The notes beneath the pieces were generated by a model. That model ran no database searches. It was not told the DNA's origin and saw nothing but the letters and a program-made list of their open reading frames with translations. A stretch of 63,188 nucleotides of DNA, the filler included, from Octopus bimaculoides (taxonomy: Eukaryota): NCBI RefSeq assembly GCF_001194135.2. It is 3 parts of 3 records of this genome, joined end to end, with 100 filler letters (N's around TTAATTAATTAA, not from the genome) between each part and the next. Parts side by side here need not be neighbours in the genome. Positions count along the whole stretch, not along the records: positions 1 to 23,459 come from NC_068989.1; 2 more parts are not named here. One strand, 5' to 3'. Shown one piece after another: positions 10,777-22,150 of the stretch (positions are counted from its first letter, which is position 1; each line of letters starts with the position of its first letter). The position numbers and the translations under genes were made by a program.

Positions 10777-11334
10777 TTATATTCATAGTATTTAATGTAA
10801 TATTGTAATATAAATAAATTATTGGATTGTCAGTAGAATATCTTTATATTTAATTTATCCTTATTATTGAATTATACCAATATTTATATGGTACCCAACT
10901 GAAGTACCAGTGAATTAGATGTTTAACACACCCCTTTGAAGAATTTGTTTTCCTCAGTTTGTTACTATGTGTGTGTGTGTGTGTGTGTATAGATTGATAG
11001 ATAGATACATACATACATATATGTTTCTTTCCCTCATCGTCTTTCTTGTCCCCCTTCCCCTCTGCCTCTGTTACACACATGTGACTACAGGCCATGTCTC
11101 TTGCCCCTATCCTTTCTGGACTAGACATTCACTGGGTTGGATGTCATTTTTCCTTGACTCCCGACATTTTCCTTCTACTATTTTCTTCTCTTCTAATTAT
11201 TCTATTTCTTTGAAAAAATTTCATTACAATTCATCTTGGCCTAACGGCCCTTAATGTTAGTCTTTGTCGATTGTTTACTCCATACGTCCACTCTGTCATT
11301 GTTTGTTTGAAGCTCTAACTCTCCATGAATTATA

Positions 11335-11454
11335 TACACTTCCAAGAGGCCCCACAGTCAAAGATCATGCTTCACCACCTCATCCCATGTCTTCCTGGGT
11401 CTACCTCTTCCACAAGTTCCTGCCACAGTTAGAGATTGGTATATCTTTATGCAG

Positions 11455-11455
<1 letters not shown>
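11335..11455 (-). mobile_element. RTE LINE 3' ORF fragment
   Basis: QSLTVAGTCGRGRPRKTWDEVVKHDL. Confidence 0.8.

Positions 11456-11509
<54 letters not shown>
11456..11509. repeat. (TG)n microsatellite
   Basis: Direct reading; representative of dozens of TG/TA tracts not listed individually. Confidence 0.95.
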
Positions 11510-11510
<1 letters not shown>

Positions 11511-12010
11511 ATATTAAAGTAACAAATTTAATCTCTGGTAATAGAGTGACCAGTGGTTTCGATTCACGGAGGCTGTAGCCTTGTGGATGATTCAACAGAC
11601 TCTAGTCTGAAGACAAATTTAATTCTTCACCTCTGGGAGGCAGAAATCTGTTATGGTCATTGGTCATTGATCATTAGGTCATTGAAGAATAAATAGTGCA
11701 GTGTTAATGAGGACAGGTTATCTCCCCCAGACCAGCCATTTGTGGGCTGGGAGAGGGGAACAAGGGCTTAGTCAGTGAACAGAGAATCCCATGCTTGCAT
11801 GGTGTGAAGATTTCTTGGTGAGTATTCAGTGAGCCAAGTTTCAGGGAGTTTTTGAGTATCTTAGCTTGCTTCGCTACGCAATGCTTGCAGAGTATGCTCC
11901 TGTTGATGTAGGGTCCCAGCCGTTCTAAGATCTTCTACTTGATATTGAATGGGGTCACTTCATCTTTGAGGTACCACACATGGCTTGCCAGGGATGTGAC
12001 AAATTGTCTT
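11510..12010 (-). mobile_element. Penelope-like element, inverted 3' copy (pseudo-LTR arm)
   Basis: Diverged reverse complement of about 12320-12870. Confidence 0.85.
11544..11602 (-). ncRNA. Decayed minimal type I hammerhead ribozyme
   Basis: GAGT CTGTTGA ATCATCC...GTGAATC GAAAC CACTG GTC ACTC: stem I GAGT/ACTC, GAAA core and GUC triplet present; A6 changed to U. Confidence 0.6.
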
Positions 12011-12875
12011 GCTGGCACTCACATCACTACCAGCGACAATAACACTAACCCTATGGCTAGGGATGACCACCACAATAATGATGATTACAGCAACAGCAGC
12101 CACAGTGGCATTACTGCATTGTAATGATAAAAGCACTGATGGTAGCTCCAACATCACAGGTGGAAATAACAACATCCGCAGGCCCAGAGCCAACTGAAGA
12201 TGCATCAGTAATGTGAATCGAACCAACACCCAAGCCTAGAAATATATCAGGTCAGCTGGAATGGTGTTTAAGTGATGCCTGCACAACCACAGGTCCTCCT
12301 TCAGGGTCCTGGAAAGATGATTTTCCACATCTCTGGCCAGCTATGTGTGGCATTTCAAAGATGAAAGGACCCCATGCAATATCAAGTAGAAGATCATAGA
12401 ACAGCTAAGACCCTACATCAATGGGAGTGTACACTGCAAGCTTTGCATAACTGAGCAAGCTAGGATGCTCAAAGACTCCCTGAAACTCAGATCACTGAAT
12501 ACTCACCAAGAAATCTTTACACCAAGCATCCATTTCAAGCGCTACCTGCTGCAAGCATAGGATTCCCCATCACTGACTAAGCCTAGAAGAGTCCTCACAA
12601 CCCATAAGCAGCCCAAGGGATCAATCCCTTGTTCTCCTTTCCTGGCCCACAAATGGCTGCTATGGTGGAGATAACCTGTCTTCACTGATGCTGGATTATT
12701 TATTCTTTGATGACCAAATGACCATTGACCATAACAGATTTCTGCCTCCCAGAGGCGAAGAGTTAAATTTGTCTTCAGACTAGAGTCTGAGTCATCCACA
12801 AGGCTACAGCTTTCATGGATGTGAAACCATTGGTCACTCTATGACCAGACATTAATTTTATTACTTTGATATTTT
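12010..12875 (+). mobile_element. Penelope-like element 3' part (GIY-YIG endonuclease remnant plus pseudo-LTR)
   Basis: KYIRSAGMVFK*CLHNHRSSFR...STSLASYVWHFKDERTPCNIK*KIIEQLRPYINGSVHCKLCITEQARMLKDSLKLRSLNTHQEIFTPSIHFKRYLL (12238-12560) is the typical PLE endonuclease C-terminus. Confidence 0.9.
12783..12839 (+). ncRNA. Decayed minimal type I hammerhead ribozyme
   Basis: GAGT CTGA[TGA missing]GT CATCCA...TGGATG T GAAAC CATTG GTC ACTC; stems I and II intact, core deleted. Confidence 0.6.
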
Positions 12876-12926
12876 ACTGTTCTTTACAGAGTGCTTCTTT
12901 TTCAGATATATAATACATTGATGATA

Positions 12927-14121
12927 TCAGGTCATCCCATAAGTTCTGTCCGATTTTACCTTTCTTAAAATTGAATGAAATTTAATAGCGTTTTAGAATG
13001 TCTAATGGAATTAAAAATTATTTTTATGCATTTGTGTACATTTAAACTAATTAAATATTATTTTACAGAATAATAGAATTAAAATTTCTTTGATTAAAAC
13101 CCTTTCTAACATGGAAGTATCCAAAGAGCATTTGAGGCTCATAATGCTTTATGAGTACAAAAAAGGAAACTCTGCAGCCAAAGTGACTCAAAACATACAC
13201 TCAGTTTATGGGAAAGAATGCTTGAATGAAAGAACTTGCAGAAGATGGTTTGCAAAATTCAGAAGTGGAGATTTCAGCATTGAAGATGAAGAACGAATAG
13301 GACATCCAGTTGAGTTTGATGATAAACTTCTTGAGGCATTACTTGAAGAAAATCCTGCATTATCAGTTGAAGAATTGACAATAAAGCTTAGTTCAAACCA
13401 TACAACTGTTCATCATCATCTTCAACAACTTGGAAAGGTTCCTAAATTTGGAAAATGGGTGCCTCATGAATTGTCTGAAAGCAACTGCAAATCCAAGTTG
13501 ACATCTACTCTTTTCTCCATTCTTGCAAACTCATTTCACCCTTTTTGGATAGACTTGTGGCTGGTGATGAAAAATGGATCTTCTATTGAAATGTTAAATG
13601 TTGTAAACAGTGGTTTGGTAAAAGGGAAAAAGCTCAACCACACCTGAGAAGGGAACTTCATGGAAAAAAGGTTCTTCTTCTATCTGATGGGATTGCAAAA
13701 GAGTAATTCACTTTGAATTGTTACCACCTAATGCAACAATCAATGCTCAAGTCTACTGTCAGCAATTAGAGTGTTTGAACCAAGCTTTGAAGAAAAAAAG
13801 ACCCGCTATAGTGAATCGAAAAGGAGTGTTATTTCATCAGGACAATGCATGACCTCACACTGCAAAGATCACATCACAGAAGATCGAAGAGCTTGGTTGG
13901 AAAAAAAATTCCTCATCCACCTTATTTTTCCAACCTTGCTCCTTCAGACTACCATTTGTTTTGTAGTTTACAGAATCATTTGGGGGATATAACTTTCGCA
14001 AGCCAGGAAGAGGTCAAAATTGACATTTCAGAGTTCTTCACTTTGAAACCAAAAGAGTTTTACATGGATGGGATTAAAAAGCTCGTAAATAGATGGAAGG
14101 AAGTCATAGATAATCAGGGAA
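12927..14121 (+). mobile_element. Mariner DNA transposon, frameshifted, 3' end in gap
   Basis: TA then tcaggtcatcccataagttctgtcc terminus; MEVSKEHLRLIMLYEYKKGNSAA...RTCRRWFAKFRSGDFSIEDEER..GKWVPHELSE; later HPPYFSNLAPSDYHLFCSLQNHL...FYMDGIKKLVNRWKEVIDNQG. Confidence 0.95.
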
Positions 14122-14294
14122 NNNNNNNNNNNNNNNNNNNNNNNNNNNNNNNNNNNNNNNNNNNNNNNNNNNNNNNNNNNNNNNNNNNNNNNNNNNNNNN
14201 NNNNNNNNNNNNNNNNNNNNNNNNNNNNNNNNNNNNNNNNNNNNNNNNNNNNNNNNNNNNNNNNNNNNNNNNNNNNNNNNNNNNNNNNNNNNNG

Positions 14295-14329
<35 letters not shown>

Positions 14330-14345
<16 letters not shown>

Positions 14346-16000
14346 GAGCTTCTGTCTGTTTGTGTGTTTGGCCAGCAAAATGAAAGTAAATGGTTCAGGG
14401 GAAGCTATTATGCTTTTTCTATATATATAAAATCGAAATTCTGTCTCTTTCTTTCTCCAGCAAAATGAAAGCACTTGGTTCAGGGGAAGCTATTATGCTA
14501 TTGCTTAATTTGTCTCAACAAAAATTATGCAATGGTTCAACACTAATTGTGTACAAACATGAGGAATTGCACTGAGGTAAATATTCTCACTGGCTGTGGT
14601 AAAGGTGACACCACCTTCATTCCTCACATACCAATTATACCACCTAATGTCCCATTCCAATTTAAGCCATTACAATTTCCTGTCCCACTTTCTTTTGCCA
14701 TGAGCATTAATAAAACTCAGGTCCAATCACTAAAAGTCGCTGGATTGCAACTTGAAGAACCATGCTTTTCACATGGTCAACTTTATGTAGGAGCATCATG
14801 TGTGGGAGCTGCATAATTTGTCTCAACAAAAATTATGCAATGGTGCAACACTAATTGTGCACAGCCTTATGAGGAACTGCATTGAGGCAAATATTCTCGC
14901 TGGTTATGGTAAAAATTAAAAAACATTGTTTATAAAGAAATGTTCGCTCTTAATGCAACATGAGTACTTCAACAACTTAACGTGTATGACATCGATCTTT
15001 TTTCTACTTCAATTATTACATGTTTTCTCTTATAAAATACACACATAGAGGATGAGTAAATCTAAATCTGTAGAGTAATCTTGCCCTGGTTCGAATTCAA
15101 AACTGAATCTTTCAATTCTTCTTGGTCACATGGCATATTCAAATGTCAAAAGAAACTGTAACAAATGGGTGTTCTACTTGACCTGTGGCCTTTTAATTGT
15201 CATTGCACAGTCACCTGCATTCTGTAAAGCTATTCTTCTATATGATATAGCTATTTCTCTATCATTATTCACATTGAAACTGAAGCTTTCAATTCTCCTT
15301 CTTCAATTATTACATGTTTTTGAGAACCATGCTTTTCACATGGCCAACTTTATGTAGGAACATCACACGTGGGAGCAAAAGCAAATCTTTTTGCTTATGC
15401 ACCCTGAAATAAAACAACAAACATTGTTTATAAAGAAATAGTCACTCTTAATGCAGCATGAATACTTCAATAACTTAATTTGCCATTACTATCATTACAT
15501 TAAAAAATGACTAAATTACCTATTTAAATGAACTGTATTATATAATTGCTGTTACAGTATTACTGAATAAAATAACGCATAAAACTCATTTAGTATTGTC
15601 ATATAATAAACAAACAGAAGTGCGTGTATGAACCCCATTTTTTTCTACTTCAATTATTACATATTTTTCTCTTATAAAATACACACATATAGGAGGAGTA
15701 AATCTAAATCTGTAGTGGTAGTCAGATTCGAAACTTTATGTAGGAGTATCATGTGTAGAAGCAAAGGCAAATCTTTTTGCTTATGAACCCTGAAATAGAA
15801 CTAGAACATTGTTTATAAAGAAATATTCACTCTTAATGCAACATGAATACTTCAATAACTTAATTTGCCATTACTATCATTATATTCAAGAATGAAATCA
15901 ATCTTTTTTCTACTTCAATTATTACAGGAGGTTCATGTATGAAATTGATCTTTTTTCTACTTCAATTATTACAGGAGGTTCATGTATGAAATTGACAGAA
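14330..16000 (+). mobile_element. Rearranged Helitron derivative carrying helicase C-terminal fragments
   Basis: Two tc/tatatatataaaa...ctgtct 5'-end-like starts (about 14330 and 14417); GEAIMLLLNLSQQKLCNGSTL; EVNILTGCGKGDTTFIPHIPIIPPNVPFQFKPLQFPVPLSFAMSINKTQVQSLKVAGLQLEEPCFSHGQLYVGAS (Pif1-like helicase motifs); several internal direct duplications. Confidence 0.85.
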
Positions 16001-16221
16001 TATGTATGTTAATACACATTATACATATGACTGACCATAAAAACCCAAAGAGAAAAAAAGCAATGGAAACAGATACAAAGTGAGAGATAAACAAAGCAAA
16101 AAAAAAAAAGATAAAGAAAAGGCTTCCAAAGGTTGTAAAATTATTGAAATTAGTAATTTTAAGGATTCCAGCGAAATTGACAATTAACAGGCTGGAAAAA
16201 TAGCAAGCAGATACTTATATA

Positions 16222-17000
16222 CAAGGGAGTACCCAAAAGAAACCAGAATTTTGCAATATTATTTTATTCACTTAGTCTTACATGTTTACACTTTTATCAA
16301 TTTCAAAGTATTCTCCATTTGAAGCGATGCATCAGTCCAGACAGGCTTTCCACAGTTTGAAGCAGTCCTGGAACCCTTGTTTGCTCATGGAAAATCAAAG
16401 CCAGTTACAATTGAATGCATGTCATGAACTGAAAGAACACTTGGAAGTTGATCTGGCCTTTTTTTTTTGAAGGTCATAACTAGTGATGAAGGCTGATGCT
16501 ACAGAATTTGCAGATGTAGAAGCGGTGAAAAAAAAAAAATCAACAGAAGCATTTTTTTTCACCGCTTCTACATCTGCAAATTCTGTAGCATCAGCCTTCA
16601 TCACTAGTTATGACCTTCAAAAAAAAAAGGCCAGATCAACTTCCAAGTGTTCTTTCAGTTCATGACATGCATTCAATTGTAACTGGCTTTGATTTTCCAT
16701 GAGCAAACAAGGGACAAATTTTGCTGCAACTCTTCATTCACAATTCATTGCTCAAAATTCATTGGCAGGAGCTCCAGGACACCCTAGTCATATCAACAAG
16801 CTTGTCAATTGTTCAGTGATGGTCCTCCAAAGATTAGTTCACAAATTTTCATAATGTTTGTTCGGTAGGTTGACAGTCACCCTGAACAAGACTGGTCTTC
16901 AAGTGATAAGTGACCATTCCTAAAGTATAAAAACCATTTGTAAGCTTGTGTTTTGCTCATGGTAGCATCCTTGTAAGCTGATTGAGCAATAAAGCACCTA
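16222..17000 (-). mobile_element. Mariner transposon, internally deleted and rearranged, 5' end lost
   Basis: TA-caagggagtacccaaaagaaaccagaatt TIR at 16220; minus strand gives SKTQAYKWFLYFRNGHLSLEDQSCSG, AAKFVPCLL, KVITSDEG*CY, FADVEAVKK and FQDCFKLWKACLD*CIASNGEYFE. Confidence 0.85.
16374..16713. repeat. Perfect inverted repeat, 162-bp arms (16374-16535 / 16552-16713), 16-nt loop
   Basis: Base-by-base reverse complement including the 10-nt T/A run; the ORF track shows mirrored peptides. Confidence 0.95.
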
Positions 17001-17004
17001 TGTG

Positions 17005-17245
17005 TTGAGAGAAAAACTGGGCATAAGAGGGGTGAAATGCAGCATGCAAGAGAGGAGACTGTGTTGGTTTGGACATATGATGCATATGAATGAAGACAGC
17101 TATATAAAGAGGTGCCAGTCACTGAAAGTGGATGGTACCCATGGAAGTAGGAGACCCAAGAAGATATAGGATGAAGGGGTGAGGACCAATCTCAGGATGC
17201 TGGTGTTCATGGAGGAAATGACACTGGACTGAGATGTCTGGTGAC
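17005..17245 (+). mobile_element. RTE LINE 3' ORF fragment
   Basis: LREKLGIRGVKCSMQERRLCWFGHMMHMNEDSYIKRCQSLKVDGTHGSRRPKKI*DEGVRTNL. Confidence 0.85.
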
Positions 17246-17654
17246 ACCCTACCCCAACAAACCAAACTACATCACCTCTTCCAAACTGAATCTTTTCTTT
17301 TCTTCTTCGAACACTTTGATTATCTCCCATGCCTCATTCCTGTTCTCACTGCCCTGATCACTGTGCCCCTGCTTTTCCCACCCCCTCTTTATACCCAGGT
17401 TCTTACTAGTCACTGCAATCTTCACCCCCACTCCCTTCTTGCACCTTCTTGGCGATACCCTGCCATATATATTATGACTTCCATACTTTGAGGGCATGTC
17501 CTGACACTTGCCACCATTTATCTCTCTCTTCTTTACTCTACCATCCCATCTCTGCTCTGATCCTCATTCCTTGTGAGTACATGCTGGCACTTTGCCACCA
17601 TCTCTCACCTGCTCTCACTTGCACTCTTGCTGTCTTCCACTCTCTCTCTTTCCC

Positions 17655-17725
17655 TTGCTCTTCCCTTTGGCTGGGTAACCATGTATCTCTTCTACAGCAA
17701 CACACCTGCTTCTGCCCTCATTCTT

Positions 17726-17761
<36 letters not shown>

Positions 17762-17975
17762 TCTCTTGCTCTTCCCTCTGGCTAGATAACCAAGTATCTC
17801 CTTTATAGCAGCACACCTGTTTCTGTCCTCTTTCTTGTCAACTCTCCCTTCCTCTCTCTTTTTTCTCTCTCTCTTTCCCTCTCGCTCTTCCACTCTCTCT
17901 CTCTCTATCTTTCGGTCTCCAACTGGGTAATCATTTACCTCCTCTATAGCAAGACACCTGTTTCTGTCTCTCTGG
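17655..17975. repeat. Three diverged copies of a roughly 110-150-bp pyrimidine-rich unit interleaved with (CT)n
   Basis: ctgggtaaccatgtatctcttctacagcaacacacctgcttctgccctc variants at about 17670, 17780 and 17922. Confidence 0.7.
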
Positions 17976-18039
17976 CACACACTAATCTTTCATCATCTGA
18001 TACAAGATCACCTCCTCCAATGCCCCCTCCCCTCTCAAA

Positions 18040-18333
18040 GGTTCTTTGTCTTGCAAGTTACTTGGTGACCTTGCCAGTGCTCTGACATGTAAAAATCATC
18101 CAGTCCACACTGTAAAGTACTTGGCATTTGGAAGGGCATCTAGCTTTAAAAACCATGCCAAAACTGACCTCGCCTGTGCTGGTGCCATGTAAAAGCACTC
18201 AGTCCACTCTGTGGGGTGGTTGGTGTCAGGAAGGGCATCCAGCCATAAAATCCATGTCAAAACAGACATGCATCCAATCAAACCATGCCAGCATGGAAGG
18301 CAGACATTAAACGATGATGATGATGATGATGAT
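18040..18333 (+). mobile_element. RTE-related SINE with duplicated ggaagggcatc domain and (GAT)n tail
   Basis: Two gtaaaa..ca.tcagtccac.ctgt..g.ttgg..t.ggaagggcatc blocks, then catgccagcatggaaggcagacattaaac(gat)n. Confidence 0.8.
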
Positions 18334-18493
18334 GCACACAAAATATATACAAATAGGCATAAAGGCACATACGCACACTCATATATACATGTACACATAC
18401 ATATGTTCATATATACACACAAATACATATACCTAGACATACATATACATGTTATATATATAAACTCATATACATATTTACACACAGACACAC

Positions 18494-18524
<31 letters not shown>

Positions 18525-18580
18525 ACACACAGACAAATATTATTCATATTGTTGAATCTTGAATTTTATTATTGCTGTTA

Positions 18581-18971
18581 TTTATCTTTTACTTGTTTCA
18601 GTCATTAGATTATGGCCATGCTGGGGCACTGCTTTGAAGAATTTTAGTCAAACAGATTAACCCCAGCATTAATTTTATTAAAGTCTGGTACTTATTCAAT
18701 TGGTCTCTTTTGTTGAACTGCCAAGTTATAACGATGTAAAAACATCAACACTGGTTGTGAAGTGGTGGGGGAGGACAAACACAGCCACAAAGATATACAC
18801 ACACACACACATGTGATGTGTTTCTTTCAGTTTTCATTTACCAAATCCATTTACAAGGCTTTGATCAGTCTGAGGCTACAGTAGAAAACACTTGCCCAAG
18901 GTGCCACACAGTGGGACTGATCCCAGAACCATGTGGTTGGGAAGCGAGCTTTTTACCACACAGTGACACCT
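18581..18971 (-). mobile_element. Composite tRNA/CORE-like SINE (head + microsatellite hinge + 3' extension)
   Basis: Minus strand: aggtgtcactgtgtggtaaaaagc...ggcaccttgggcaagtgttttc..., CA hinge, then ...catggccataatctaatgactgaaacaagtaaaag. Confidence 0.85.
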
Positions 18972-18992
18972 ATTATTATTCTACTTTTTTCA

Positions 18993-19207
18993 AGGTGGTG
19001 AGCTGGCAGAATTATTAGCATACTAAGAAAAATGCTTAGTGACATTTTGTCTGTCTTTATGTTCTGAGTTAAAATTCTGCCAAGGTTGACTTTGTCTTTC
19101 GTCCTTTTGGGGTTACTAAAATAAGTATGAGCTGAGCACTGGGGTCGATGTAATCAACTTACCACCTCCCCTCAAATTACTAGCCTTGTGCCAAAATTTG
19201 AAATCAA
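18993..19207 (+). mobile_element. Meta/MESC-like tRNA SINE with 19-bp target-site duplication
   Basis: tattattattctacttttt at 18971-18989 and 19208-19226. Confidence 0.85.
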
Positions 19208-19252
19208 TATTATTATTCTACTTTTTAAAAATGTTCTGTTTTTATTTTTTCT

Positions 19253-19315
19253 CTAATCAACATTTCTTGTACACTAATCAACATTTCTTGTACACTAATC
19301 AACATTTCTTGTACA
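19253..19315. repeat. 21-bp tandem repeat x3 (ctaatcaacatttcttgtaca)
   Basis: Exact copies. Confidence 0.95.
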
Positions 19316-19429
19316 CCATGTACTGTAGTAACACATCATAGTACTATTCTGAAGTGACACTCTGATATATTCAACCATGTGTAAATTCATACAGGTATTG
19401 TATACTTTATCACACATGATAATTTATAT

Positions 19430-20697
19430 GTAATGTATATTTGGAAAGTAATTGCACTTTTTCACCCTTATGAAATATGAATCAACCTATCATGTCAGAG
19501 CCAAGGTTGAATGGGTGGGAACTGTCTAGAAATAATATATCATCTCTTCTATCCAGCAGTGTGTTATTCATAGTTATTTTGGTAATTAACCCCATGGAGG
19601 ATAAGAACTTTATGAAACAACATATTTGCCATTGCTTACTGTATGAGTTCTGAAAGAAAAGTACCACTACAGAAGCAGTGAAAAACATTTGTGAAGTGTA
19701 TTCAGATGCAGTGAAAACTCAAACATGTCAGCTGTGGTTTAAAAGGTTTGAAGATGACAATTGTGATGTATCCAATGAGCCTCACTCTGGAAGACAACCC
19801 ACTCTGAATGATGACCTTTTGAATGAGACTATTGTATCAGATCAACATCAAAGCACCAGAGATTTGGCACAAATATTTAATGTGTCATGTTCAACTATCC
19901 ATGAACATCTCAAGCAAACTGGGAAAATATGCAAAGAGGGAATTTGGGTTCCACGTGAGCTTATGCTTGATAACTGAAAGCAATGTTCCACCATTTGTAG
20001 CAGTCTTCTAACCAGGAATAACAACCTGTCATTTCTGCAGCGAATTGTTACAGGTAATCAAAAATGGGTTTTGCATTACAATAGAAAGCAAAAAAGACAA
20101 TGGTTAACAAGTAATGAGAGTCTAGCACCAACACCAAAACCAAAACTCCATCCACAAAAATCCTTGCTCTGTGTTTGGTGGAATATGAAAGGTATCATCC
20201 ATACAAGTAACTGGAATGTGGAAAGACAATCAATGCAGATGTTTATTGTCAACAACTTGATAGTATAAATGAAAAATGATGTCAAAAGTGGCCAGCTTTG
20301 GTAAACAGAAAAGGTGTTATTCTCCAGTATGACAATGCATGACCACTCTCTTAAAAACAAACCCAAGAAAAAATAAGACTGTTAGGATGGGAAGTTCTTC
20401 CACATCCTCCATATTCACCTGGCTTAGCACCTACAGATTTCCATCTGTTCTGATCACTAGAACAATTTATAGGAAGCAAAACATTCAGAAACTGAGAGGA
20501 AGTTGAAAACAGACTTTCAGACTTTTTTCAGGAAAAGAAATAGGTTTCTTTGAATGTGGTATAAAAAAGTTACTTTCCCATTAGGCTGCAATCTTTGAAA
20601 ACAATGGCAATCACATTTTTGATTCAGATAAATGTAGTTTGCATTCATTTTTATATCCTTTTTGGTAAAATGCAATTACTTTCTGAACACCTTAATA
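19430..20697 (+). mobile_element. Near full-length degenerate mariner transposon (about 1.27 kb)
   Basis: TIR remnants ggaaagtaattgcactttt / aaaatgcaattactttctgaacaccttaata; HICHCLLYEF*..AVKNICEVY..CQLWFKRF..EPHSGRQ..GIWVPREL..RIVTGNQKWVLHYN..LLCVWWNMKGIIH..YDNA*PL..HPPYSPGLAPTDFHLF. Confidence 0.92.
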
Positions 20698-21599
20698 CAT
20701 ACATATATATCATCATCATCGTCATCATTATCACTATTTAATGTCCGTTGGATGATTTGATAGGGGCTGGTGAGCCAGAGGAGTGTGTCAAAGACCCATG
20801 TTTAGTACATCAAAGGAGTGACACCAATAACAAATTCAAGAGTTACATATTCATTTACTTAATTCTTATTGATTAAAGTGCACTGATTAACTATTGCAGA
20901 ACTTATAAAATATTAGCTTTAATTAAGTGAGATCCAGATAATTATTATACAGAGTAAAATAAATAATGGAAATAACACAGATAATAGTAAAGGTCACTGT
21001 GTTCAGAGGAGAAGGAGGGGAAATGAAAGAGAGGAAAGAAAATGGAAGATATATAATGATACAGATAGCAATAATCAGTCTCAGCAATCTTAACCTATAA
21101 ATACTTAAATAGAAACAAAATAGGATAAATTTAATAGAGATAGTGAACAACACTGCTGTTGTCGCATTATCATTGAGAATATAAGTAGATAGGTCTAATC
21201 ACTACTAATAATAATTTCAAATTATGAGGAGTATTAAGAAAATTTTAGAATATACAAGAATTATAAAGAATTATAAAAGCCATAAATGTTAAAAGAGTTT
21301 ACAAGGTTTATAAAAAAATTATATAGGCTATAACCAGGGAGATTGAAGCATATATTATAAAAATATCACCTAAGGCTAAAAGCAAATTGATTAAATTATA
21401 ATTTATATAAAATTGCAATCACTGGTATATGTTGTTAGAACTAAGGGTACACAAAATTAGCTTAAACATAATCAGTTAATAGTCTTAATAGTATTAAGAA
21501 GAGCTAGGCTAACTAAACATATTCCATGAATCTTATTACTAGTAATTAAGGTCTATATTGTAGGGTGATAAATGTACATCTTGAAGAATCAGTTTAAAG

Positions 21600-22150
21600 T
21601 ATAAGAAAGTTCTATGGATAGAATGTGAGCATTTGATCCTTAATTCATCAGATCTATTAATAAATCATCTATGCATTTTAAGATTTTCAACTTTTCCAAA
21701 CAGCATACTGTAACCATATCTATAACTAACATAAGGCTTAGTGTGTCTAGTAACATTTCACATAAGATGAAAGTCAATATTTTTGTCCTTTAACTCCCAG
21801 ACCTCCTTGGAGAGTGATGTTAGCTTTTGCTTTATCTCTCCTAAATGTGTGAAGACATTTATGTGATCTCAATTTGAAATTAGATCATGTGATCAAGATA
21901 ACATAATCATCTTAATTGACATATTACATATTCTTATGGATGTTGAACATGCTACATCCTTGACTGTACCATGTTTACATCATAATAAAAACTCTTAAAT
22001 GAAACAATTGCGGTAGTACCAGACAGTTCATTTTTTTAATTCTGTTCTTACATCACCCAAATGTTCTATTCATTATTGATACTATAGGCATTGCAGATTA
22101 CCAAACAACAGTCAACTTCCCTTAGTCAATGCATTCTGTGTTATGATAAT
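21600..22150 (-). mobile_element. Old Penelope-like endonuclease remnant
   Basis: NFKLR..H..; LTSLSKEVWELKDKNIDF..KPY..VENLKMH..INRSDELRIKCSH resembles the PLE GIY-YIG C-terminus. Left and right limits are approximate. Confidence 0.6.
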
